Notes: a model not told the origin generated them from the sequence alone. Positions 1 through 8,994 are shown, numbered from the stretch's first letter. The stretch is 9,667 bases of DNA from Chlorokybus atmophyticus (GCA_009103225.1 RHPI01001065.1:1-9667); one strand, 5' to 3'. Translations and numbers: made by a program.

Positions 1-6
1 CCCTCT

Positions 7-1332
7 TTAATTGTTGCAAGTCATCTCCATGCTTTCACATGGATGACCAAGGTCTCCCACCAGTTTTCTAAGCCACAATGCCTCCTTTGCTGCAGCTGCA
101 GAAGCCATGTACTCTGCTTCTGTGGTGGAAGCTGCCACTGTCGGCTGCAGTTCGCTATTCCAGCTGATTACTCCACCAATCAGCTTAAAGACATACCCAG
201 TGGTTGACCTTCTGGGTTCTAGGTCACCAACATAGTCTGCATCACAATAGCCTTGCAACACCTGGTTGCCCCGCCCATGTTGGATGCCAACTATTGCTAT
301 CTTGACAAGTAGCGTAGTACACCCTTTGTTGCCAACCAATGTTGCATTGTTGGAGTCGACATGTAAACTTGCCAATTGTCCCACAGCATGTGCAATGTCA
401 GGTTGAGACGCTATAGACAGATAGAGTAGGCTCCCCACAAGCTCACAGTAGGGGTACTTGGCCTTGTTTAACTCTTCATCACTGTCTAGTGCTCTCACCA
501 ATTAAACTTCCACGCTGAGTGGCACCTCTCAAATATTAGCATTGTTGAAATCAAACTTTGTCACCAGCTGCTTCACCGCTTGCTCTTGCGTAATGGTGAT
601 GGTCTCAGCAGCTCTCCCTCTGGTAACAACCATACTCAGGAAGTATGTTGTCTCGCCCAAGTCTCTACACTCAAACACAGCCTACAGCTGAGTCTTCACT
701 CGCTGCACCCCTGACATTCCTGACGCTGCAATCAAGATGTTGTCCACGTACACTAACAGCCACACTTGCTTGCTCTCGTTGTAGAACAACTTTGGATCTG
801 CCAGACTTACTTTGAACCCCTGCTTCAATAGCTCCTTGCACAGTGTTGCATGCCACACCCGTGGTGCCTGCTTCAAGCCATGTAGTGCTTTAACCAATCT
901 GCATGCTGTACCAGGTGGCCCCTCCTGAGACCCCATTGGTTGCTGAATGTAGATTCTCTCCTCCAGCTCCCCATACCCAAACGATGTCTTAACATCCAGG
1001 TGATTGAACTTTGGATTGTCTGCTGACACAATTGCCACCATAGCTCTGAGGGTTGCCAACTTCCCCGCAGGTGCAAACACCTCATTGAAGTCAACTCCTT
1101 CTTGCTGCAAAAACCCCTTGGCAACACATCTGGCTTTATACATCTCAATGTTGCCACTGCCGTCCCTCTTCACCTCGAACACCCACTTGACAGGAATAGG
1201 CTTGACCCCTGCGGGTGGAAACTTCAACTTCCCATGTTGCATTGGCATGCAGCGAGGCTATCTCTTCATCCATTGCCTGACGCCAACTGTCTGCATCAAT
1301 CCTCCGGAGTGCTTCTTCATATGTTGTTGGCT
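7..1332 (-). pseudogene. Copia reverse transcriptase-RNase H, inactivated
   Basis: ORFs 682-1248 and 7-501 share one frame. Reading through gives QL*AVFECRDLGETTYFLSM...NANI*EVPLSVEV*LVRAL, with stops at 682-684, 529-531, 502-504 and 7-9. One extra base near 1231-1233 shifts frame from ORF 1145-1717. The catalytic motif reads YVDN (739-750). Confidence 0.93.
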
Positions 1333-1659
1333 CCACACTGTGTCTTCCTGAGCCCGCGATATAGCCAAACTCCTTGTGGAAACGTATATGTGTAGAACCC
1401 CTCCTATTGCGCCCAGGATAATGCCCCCTGCTCTGCTGTTGGTCTTGTTGATGCTGATAACTCCTCTCATCTCTGCGCGCAGCACTGCTCATATTTATAG
1501 GGCTAAGCTCCCTTTCAAGATCAGAACCATTGTCCACCAGAGATGAAACAGTTGTTGCTGTGCTAGACTCAGGCAGTTCTTGATCGCCAATGATGTCTTT
1601 GTATTCATCCTCAAAAGAATCCCCGTCACTGATCTCCTGCAGCTGCTGTGCTCCCATGG

Positions 1660-2245
1660 CATCATGGAATACAACTTCTCTGCTAATCACAACCTTCTGA
1701 GCATCCTTCAGCAGCACTCTATAAGCCTTGGAGTCAGGCTTATAGCCAAGGACAACACCTTTTTTTGGTAACGGGATCCTGCGTCTTCCGCAACTGACTT
1801 GATGTCAACACATATGCAGTGCAGCCAAACACTCGCATGTTGCTGACATCGGGAGCCTTTACGAAGAACAGCTCCTATGCAGTCTTTGCTGGAGCACGCA
1901 CTAGCGATCTGGATCTGATGTCGTTGGCTGTCAGAATCGCCTCTGCCCACCAGCAAAACTCCAACTTTGCATCACTCAGCTAGGCTCGACCTCTTTATCA
2001 GAGTCAAATTCAGCCTCTCTGCTGTAGCATTCTGCTGCGGAGTGTATAGGGCTGTTATCTCATGCACAATGCCTTGTGAAATCCAGAATGAATACAGCTT
2101 TTTATATTTAGGTACTCTTCTGACTGTCTCCATTAGATTTGCCACACACATTCTTCAACCACATCACCACCTCTTTCACCAAAGCTGGGACATCTGCCTT
2201 GGGCTTCACAGGACGCACCAATCACATCTTGGAGTAGGCATTAAA
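1660..2245 (-). pseudogene. Copia integrase core and C-terminal part, frameshifted, N-terminally truncated
   Basis: Manual minus-strand translation gives AYSKM*LVRPVKPKADVPALVKEV, SQGIVHEITALYTPQQNATAERLNLTLIKRS, WWAEAILTAN, MRVFGCTAYV and DSKAYRVLLKDAQKVVISREVVF across several frames. Confidence 0.88.
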
Positions 2246-2281
2246 GAGGTGACAATTGGTGACAATTGAGCTATCTAGGCG

Positions 2282-2755
2282 TGAATACACAACAGAACAC
2301 CCTCAAATACCCTCAAACAATCTGTGCAAGCAGAACAACCAGTCAGATCACGCCAGACCAAACCCAGTGCAGGCCACGCCAGAATCAGACCTTGCCGCCA
2401 TCAGACTCAAGCACAAGTGAAAGTGAACCATGAGATGCGTGAATGGGCGTCCCCTTATACCCGTTCTAACTACCAAGGAGTCATACAAGTCAGGTTTGGT
2501 CAACATCAAACCCTAATACAGCCCTAAACGGTCGAAACTGGCAGGATTGTCAGAATTGTTAGGAAACTCGATAGGTCTGAAGTCTGCTAAGTACAACCAT
2601 TGAGTAGTTAGCCGGACTAAGATGACTGGAGTCTAGAAGCGGCAAAGCAATGTCCTATACTTAAGTATAATGATAAGTACAAAACAACTGAGTACTTGGC
2701 CAGACTAAGCTGACTGGAGTCTAAAGACGGCACAACCAGAATCCAAACTTCCATA
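2282..2755 (-). repeat. Probable 3' LTR of copia element 2 (left boundary uncertain: 2282, alternatively ~2557)
   Basis: Starts directly after the PPT (minus strand GCGTGGGAG|TATGG, possibly a mutated TG start). Non-coding, with TATAAG on the minus strand at 2455-2460 and a candidate CA end at 2282-2283. No second LTR copy in the window to confirm it. Confidence 0.5.
2588..2732 (+). repeat. Imperfect direct repeat, ~58 bp x2, period 86, inside the putative LTR
   Basis: taagtacaaccattgagtagttagccggactaagatgactggagtctagaagcggca (2588-2644) vs taagtacaaaacaactgagtacttggccagactaagctgactggagtctaaagacggca (2674-2732). Confidence 0.85.
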
Positions 2756-2764
2756 CTCCCACGC
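2756..2764 (-). other. Polypurine-tract-like site (GCGTGGGAG) of copia element 2
   Basis: Lies a few bases after the reconstructed pol stop (KALTPSKFRTCCEGLGVH*, TAA at 2772-2774), the position expected for a copia PPT. Confidence 0.6.
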
Positions 2765-2771
2765 AGGCAGC

Positions 2772-4520
2772 TTAGTGAACGCCTAGACCTTCGCAGCAGG
2801 TCCGGAACTTTGAAGGTGTCAAAGCCTTCTCGTTATAAAGTCTGCAAGCATGTCTTCGGTCTTGTAAAACCTGAACTCCACCTCGCCACGAGCGACGCGC
2901 TCCCGCACAAAGTGATGCATGACATCAATGTGCTTGGATCTAACTGAAGCAATGGGGTGCTTAAAAGGTCTGATAGCTCCTTCGTTGTCACAGTGCATGA
3001 GAATGATAGTCTGGTCTAAACCCAAGTCTGCAACCAGCTTGCGCAACCAAAGCCCCTCTTTGCCTGCTGGATGCATCCATATACTCATCCTGCAGTAGAA
3101 ACTGCAGCAGTGGGTTGCAGCTTGCTGCTCCAACTCACCACTCCACCATTCAACAAAAATGTGTAGCCCGTAGTAGACCGCCTAGAGTTAATGTCACCTG
3201 CATAATTTGCGATGCAGTAACCCTCCAGAACTGTAAGTCCACCAGAAAAGGTAATCCCAACTGTGGATGTCCCAGCCACATAGCGCAAACAAGCCTTTGC
3301 AGCCTTCCAATGCTCAAGGTAGGTGCAGACATAAGCCTGGCCAAAACTCCCACAGAATGGAAAATGTCAGGCTTGGTGGCTGACTGACAAGTACAGCAAA
3401 CTCCTAACAAGAGTGCTGTAAGGGTACTGAGTCTTGTGCAGCAGATCTGCCTCACTGTTAAACTTAACAAGCCTGACTCCTACCGCCATAGGTGTTGCTT
3501 TCACCTTGGCATCTTGCAGCCCAACTTGTCAACCAATATGGTGACCATTTGCTCCTGGCTGATCTTAGCAGATCTAGTCCGCCTGTTTATGTCAATAACA
3601 ATGCTCAAGCTAGACTTGACAACCTCCAAATCCTTCAGGATGCGGGCAGCAATGAGAATGTCATCGAGATCGGCATGTTGGGTGTCTCGGACGCGACAGC
3701 CTGCCTGCCAAACTTGCAGCTCTTTAGAAATAAACACCTCCTGGGTCTGCAGTGCTGGGAACAAAGCCCAGAATCTCAAGCTCTTTGCTCAAGCGGATGT
3801 GCCAAACCCTGGGCGCCTGTATCAGACCATACAAGGCCTTCACAAGCTTACAAGCCACATCTAGACCTCCCTCATGGTAGCCCTTGGGTCGTTGCACGTA
3901 AATGTCCTCTTCAAGCTCGCCGTAGTGGAACGTGGTCTCCACATTAAGGTGATGCAGCTCAAAGTCCTGGGCGACCACCAAAGCCAAAAAAGTCCGAAAA
4001 GTTGTATGCTTATTAGCGGGTGCAATAACCTCGTCGAAGTTGATGCCCGCTTGCTAAAGAAAGCCCTTCGCGACAAGCCTCGCCTTGTAGCGCTCGATGT
4101 TGCCTTGGCCGTCTTTTTTATCTTGTAAACCGACTTGACCGGAATGGGTTTCATGGCGGCCGGAACAAATTCCAGCCTCCAGGTCTGATTGGCAAGCAAG
4201 GACGCAATTTCCTCATCCATAGCCTTTTGTTAAAGGTCAGCATCGAGACTTTAAAGAGCCTGCACATAAGTGGGCGCCAGACCTTGCAGTGCATCAAACA
4301 CCGCATAAGCTTTGTCGTGAAACCAATCGGGTTTTTGCCTCGCACGCCAAGGGTGCTGCCTCCCTAGCTGTTGCTGATGTTGAGTTTCAGTGGTGTCAGG
4401 AGCTAAAGGGCTTTTGCTGCCTGGATGTGGAGTAACATGGCCTAAGGAACTGAAGACCTTTTTTGGAACTGCCAAAACATGGTTTGGAACAACTGGAACT
4501 GCTAGTTCCGGCTCAACAAC
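2772..4520 (-). mobile_element. Degenerate Ty1/copia element 2 (IN-RT linker, RT, RNase H; many frameshifts; no recognisable integrase core or gag)
   Basis: ORF fragments: APTYVQAL, MDEEIASLLANQTWRLEF..KPIPVK, HHLNVETTFHYGELEEDIY..ALYGLIQAPRVW, DLDDILIAA (3660-3671, the YVDD position), RRSTTGYTFLLNGGVVSWSSKLQPT, HCDNEGAI..SKHIDVMHHFVRERV. Confidence 0.93.
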
Positions 4521-4919
4521 ATTCAAAGTGATGTTAACGCCCAAAATTCTAGCTCCTGTTGACATACACACGTGCAAGTGACACGCCAACAACATCAACA
4601 CAAGAGCATGATTGCTACTGCCATTGATGCCATACAAGTCCAGGAGTTTTACCCCGCCAGTTTCAACAAACGTCTACATTTGCAAGCACCGCGTACACAA
4701 TGCCGAGCCTTTCAACGCGCTCTTTGATGCGCTATTCAGCTTACGGCCGGAGCTTTCCAACAAGCTAACACCGGTAATTCTGGACCCCCCGAATTTCTGA
4801 AGATTCAGCGCATTTGCCCTGAATACTCATCTGTTTTATGTGTGAACTCGCCACTTGCGTGGCTGCAGAGGTCGCTGTTACGATTGCTGATTATTCAGGC
4901 CAAATGCCCTGAATACAAG

Positions 4920-5300
4920 CAATGGATATTCACACGTTTTGGTCATGAATAATTGTAGTTGTCCATCTCGCACACAACCTCCTACATGTGAGTAGTTATT
5001 CACTCGCGACAGAACTGCATATTCAGTCTTCTTAGGTATACATGGTCCTAGACTTGTACCATGGCACCAAGTGATTATTCATACTTTGTGTGCATGAATA
5101 TTTACAGCGCCTGCTCTCACACTATGTCCTCCTTATAGGTAATTATTCACACGCATATTGGCTTAATGTTCACACATACTAAAGCTGTTTCAACAGCACA
5201 TGTACCACACTGGCGAGTGATTATTCATACGATTTGTGATTGAATAATACAGCATATCTGCTCTCACACAGTCCTATATATGAGTGGTTATTCACCCATA
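4920..5300. repeat. Degenerate tandem repeat, ~146-bp period, about 2.5 copies, with TATTCA/TGAATA inverted motifs
   Basis: gtgattattcatac..tgaata..ctgctctcacac..gtcct..ttattcac recurs from ~5071 and ~5218, with a more diverged copy from ~4924. Confidence 0.65.
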
Positions 5301-5570
5301 GTATGGTTGAACACTGCTGCCTTTGGTTGATTGTTCACGCGAATTATAACCTGTTGATAGCAGCTGTAAGAATGCCAAGACACCCAAAACATCGAGCCAA
5401 ATACTCTGACCTGAGTCTCATCCACAAACACACCATGCCTGGCATGCGAGCTCTGGTTTACCTGCTGTCTTGGAAGCAGCCGGCTGAATCATCATACCCT
5501 CTGTTGAATGCATGCAAGCATCTGAATCAAGACCAAATACCTACCTCATGTTCGACGAAATCAACTACAC

Positions 5571-6711
5571 TGGACCTAAAGCGACCGGCCATCGCTGAAT
5601 GGTAGCTGTTTACCTGTGGATCACACACCGTAGTTAACCAACAGTAGAGTCAGAAATAGAGCAGGGAAATAAAATTTGAAAGACACAATGCTAGCGCAAG
5701 CACACACAGAAAGAACACCCTTTTGCCGCAAGGCCACTGAGGGGTTATGCCCAAGGCTGCCCCAGCGGCTTGCAGCAAACACCTTTTGTGCCGCAGCACA
5801 GGTAAGGCCACTGAGGGGTTATGCACAAGGCTGCCCCAGCGGCTTGCAGCAAACACAGCACGCACAGCACGCACACACACACACACACACATGCATGGCA
5901 TGCGCAAGGAAGCACGGCATGCACGTATCTGCTGTGTAGCCGCTAGCGCTCCAGCATCGCCGCCGCCGCCGCCGACGACGATGACCTTGCCTGCGCCGGC
6001 GCCGCCGCCGCCGACCTTGACTAAAATCTGCATGCGAAATGGCTGCTGTAACTCCAAAATCCTAAGTCCAGGACCTAAGTCCATGGACCTAAAGCGACCG
6101 GCCATCGCTGAATGGTAGCTGTTTACCTGTAGATCACACACCGTAGTTAACCAACAGTAGAGTCAGAAATGGAGCAGGGAAATGACTCTTGAGAGACACA
6201 ATGCTAGCGCAAGCACACACAGAAAGAACACCTTTTTGCCGCAAGGCCACTGAGGGGTTATGCACAAGGCTGCCCCAGCGGCTTGCAGCAAACAGCTTTT
6301 GTGCCGCAGCACAGGTAAGGCCACTGAGGGGTTATGCACAAGGCTGCCCCAGCGGCTTGCAGCAAACACAGCACGCACAGCACGCACACACACACACACA
6401 CATGCATGGAATGCGCAAGGAAGCACGGCATGCACGTATCTGCTGTGTAGCCGCTAGCGCTCCAGCATCGCCGCCGCCGCCGCCGACGACGATGACCTTG
6501 CCTGCGCCGGCGCCGCCGCCGCCGACCTTGACTAAAATCTGCATGCGAAATGGCTGCTGTAACTCCAAAACCCTAAGTCCATGACCTAAGTCCATGGACC
6601 TAAAGCGACCGGCCATCGCTGAATGGTAGCTGTTTACCTGTAGATCACACACCGTAGTTAACCAACAGTAGAGTCAGAAATGGAGCAGGGAAATGACTCT
6701 TGAAAGACACA
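5571..6711 (+). repeat. Tandem repeat (satellite), 511-513-bp unit, ~2.2 copies
   Basis: TGGACCTAAAGCGACCGGCC starts at 5571, 6084 and 6595. Copies differ by scattered substitutions. Each unit has two ~73-bp subrepeats, (CA)n and GCC runs. The array ends at a single N (6712). Confidence 0.97.
5872..5891 (+). repeat. (CA)10 microsatellite; (CA)9 in the next unit at 6385-6402
   Basis: Read directly from the sequence. Confidence 0.9.
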
Positions 6712-6721
6712 NTTACCCAGT

Positions 6722-7060
6722 CCACACCACAGGGCCGATCTGAGGTCTTACAGACCGCCCCAGCTCCTCACCAACACATTCACAGAAAAACAAAACCACA
6801 AGGGAGGACACTGAGGTCTTACAGACCGCCCTAGCGACTCACCAGCACACATGCACAGAAACACAAAAACAAGGCAGGTCACTGAGGTCTTACAGACCGC
6901 CCCAGTGAATCACCAACAGAATCACAGAAACAAAACCACAAGGCAGGTCACTGAGGGCTTACATGCCGCCCCAGTGAATCACCAACACATGCAAATAACG
7001 GAAACCACAAGGCAGGACACTGAGGGCTTACATGCCGCCCCAGTGAATGACCAGCACACA
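6722..7060 (+). repeat. Tandem array, 5 copies of a 69-71-bp unit with a hairpin core
   Basis: CTGAGG at 6740, 6811, 6882, 6951 and 7020. Core CACTGAGGTCTTACAGACCGCCCCAGTG or CACTGAGGGCTTACATGCCGCCCCAGTG. Confidence 0.95.
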
Positions 7061-7150
7061 TACACACACGCACGCGCACAAACAAAACATGCATGCAGGC
7101 AGGCTTGCACGTATCTGCCTAAGTAGCTCTGCATCAACCAAGGATGGCTG

Positions 7151-7327
7151 ACGCCGTCGCCGCCAACCTCAAGCACCTCGCCGCCGACCACGCCGCCCAC
7201 AACCTTTATAACTAAAGACGCTGCCGCGGCCGACCAAGNACGCTGTCGCCGCCAACCTCAAGCACCTCGCCGCCGACCACGCCGCCCACAACCTTTATAA
7301 CTAAAGACGCTGCCGCGGCCGACCAAG
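7151..7327 (+). repeat. 88-bp tandem duplication split by a single N (possible assembly artefact)
   Basis: 7151-7238 and 7240-7327 are identical except for one base (ccg/ctg); N at 7239. Confidence 0.85.
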
Positions 7328-7397
7328 ACGACCTCGCCGCCGACCACAACAACCTCCGCGCCACCAACCTTGCAAACTACAACAAGTTACAAAAACA

Positions 7398-7415
7398 TTA
7401 GGGTTAGGGTTAGGG
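7398..7415 (+). repeat. Interstitial telomere-like repeat (TTAGGG)3
   Basis: ttagggttagggttaggg read directly. Confidence 0.85.
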
Positions 7416-7444
7416 ATGCCGGCTATGGCGTCAAAGGTGATAGC

Positions 7445-7483
7445 CCATCACTGATGGACCATCACTGATGGTCCATCACTGAT
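7445..7483. repeat. Tandem 13-bp palindrome CCATCA-C-TGATGG, period 14, ~2.8 copies
   Basis: Copies at 7445-7457, 7459-7471 and 7473-7483 (partial). Confidence 0.92.
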
Positions 7484-7805
7484 TTGCTTAGGGTTTTGGT
7501 GTAGCGATCGAGCAGACAACTTGCAACTGGCAAGGCTGGGCGGCAAGGGCGGCGTTGTTGGCGAGGTCGGCGGCGGCGTTGGCTTCAATGCTGAAGTGCA
7601 AGTGTTGTGTTTTCGCTTGGTTGTTGTAGTTACTTCATTGGGTCCGAGAACCCTGGCGAGGTGGTTTCTTGCAGCTTCGGGTGGGCTTGCTGGAGGGTTT
7701 TGGCACTGCTTCCAACAAGGTGCAGCACATGCCGTGCTTGTCTTTGTTTGCATGCATGCCCGTTTGGTCATTTCGCTAACTATCAAAAGTGCATGTCGTC
7801 TATGT

Positions 7806-8064
7806 TGTTAGCCACCACTTGATGCTAACTAGAGGGGCGGCCTCGTGCGTTAGACCACCTCTTGCTCAGTTTTTAAGCTGTTTTATTTGAGCATGCACTC
7901 TTGTTAGCCACCACTTGATGCTAACAGGAGGGGCGGCCTCGTGCGTAAGACCACCTCTTGCTCAGTTTTCAAGCTGTTTTATTTGAGCATGCACTCTTGT
8001 TAGCCACCACTTGATGCTAACCAGAGGGGCGGCCTCGTGCGTAAGACCACCTCTTGCTCAGTTT
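7806..8064 (-). repeat. Tandem array, 96-bp unit, ~2.7 copies, running into the gap
   Basis: TGTTAGCCACCACTTGATGCTAAC at 7806, 7902 and 7998. The minus-strand core GAGGTGGTCTTACGCACGAGGCCGCCCCTC is homologous to the 70/73-bp cores. Confidence 0.95.
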
Positions 8065-8537
8065 NNNNNNNNNNNNNNNNNNNNNNNNNNNNNNNNNNNN
8101 NNNNNNNNNNNNNNNNNNNNNNNNNNNNNNNNNNNNNNNNNNNNNNNNNNNNNNNNNNNNNNNNNNNNNNNNNNNNNNNNNNNNNNNNNNNNNNNNNNNN
8201 NNNNNNNNNNNNNNNNNNNNNNNNNNNNNNNNNNNNNNNNNNNNNNNNNNNNNNNNNNNNNNNNNNNNNNNNNNNNNNNNNNNNNNNNNNNNNNNNNNNN
8301 NNNNNNNNNNNNNNNNNNNNNNNNNNNNNNNNNNNNNNNNNNNNNNNNNNNNNNNNNNNNNNNNNNNNNNNNNNNNNNNNNNNNNNNNNNNNNNNNNNNN
8401 NNNNNNNNNNNNNNNNNNNNNNNNNNNNNNNNNNNNNNNNNNNNNNNNNNNNNNNNNNNNNNNNNNNNNNNNNNNNNNNNNNNNNNNNNNNNNNNNNNNN
8501 NNNNNNNNNNNNNNNNNNNNNNNNNNNNNNNNNNNNN
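8065..8537. other. Assembly gap (473 N)
   Basis: Run of N. Confidence 1.
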
Positions 8538-8994
8538 GCAGTGCGACAAGACAGCTGACAACGCTCGCTCACCTCGCCACAGCACCGCCGCCGCCAACAC
8601 AACCAGCAAGTACGCCGGTGCTGTGAGACAATCAGTGCAATTCCCGGTGCGGAAATCCCTGCAATCAATGGAATGCAATGATCGTTCGGAAAATCCACAT
8701 CAGCAATTGTGCTGGTCGGACACCAGTCGCGTCTCCGCTTGCTCCGACTGCAATAGGCCGCACGAGCAATTGCCGTGGAAATTGCCTTTTATCGAAACTT
8801 TAATTGCCAAATGAACTTTATGTTTATTGGTCGATACAAACCAAGCGAAATTACATTCTCTATTTCCGATGAAATCGTCCATGTCCGAGGACGGTGTCTG
8901 TGTGGCTTACCCCAAACTATAAGTAACCCTAACCCAAACATCCAATGCATGCTGGTAGTTGTATAGGATATGTGAAGTGCTGTGTGCTGCAACA

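Larger units (their letters stand above)
1..2245 (-). mobile_element. Degenerate Ty1/copia LTR retrotransposon, element 1 (IN-RT-RNase H; gag/protease not seen; continues past window start)
   Basis: Copia domain order on the minus strand: integrase (TPQQNATAERLN, MRVFGCTAYV, PDSKAYRVLL), linker, EPTTYEEAL..WRQAMDEEIASL, KARCVAKGF, HLDVKT, ALHGLKQAPRVW, GYCDADY..RRSTTGY, EAEYMA. Confidence 0.95.
6716..8064. mobile_element. Putative non-autonomous DNA transposon (CACTA/EnSpm-like subterminal arms in inverted orientation); termini unresolved
   Basis: Two inverted, diverged arms, each starting with arrays of paired GGGGCGG.C / G.CCGCCCC motifs resembling plant CACTA subterminal repeats. No transposase, and both ends are obscured by Ns. 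Confidence 0.4.

Noticed and set aside
2274-2787. 9-bp inverted repeat TCTAGGCGT / ACGCCTAGA flanking the putative LTR
   Set aside because: One copy lies within the pol coding end, and a match this short is expected by chance.
1004-4800. Plus-strand ORFs over the copia region
   Set aside because: Antisense shadows of the decayed pol sequence with no recognisable motifs.
4530-4800. Integrase remnant of element 2 (RVYVN, ERVERL-like peptides)
   Set aside because: Matches are too short and no DDE motifs can be aligned.
5650-6652. Pro/His/Thr-rich ORFs on both strands
   Set aside because: They are translations of (CA)n and GCC runs in the tandem repeat, open in several frames, with no domain signal.
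6722-7060. CRISPR-like array (palindromic repeat with ~30-40-bp intervening sequence)
   Set aside because: The intervening segments are homologous to one another, the repeats vary, no cas genes are present and the context is eukaryotic.
7445-8064. Hammerhead or HDV-like ribozyme repeats (CTGATGG, CTGAG.., GGCCTCGTG)
   Set aside because: No complete CUGANGA...GAAA core and no HDV nested pseudoknot could be built by eye; an Infernal search would be decisive.
8768-8808. Three AATTGCC motifs within 41 bp
   Set aside because: Short motif with no known factor assignable and no supporting evidence.
8000-8814. Long ORFs of 173-267 aa
   Set aside because: Artefacts of translating the N gap.
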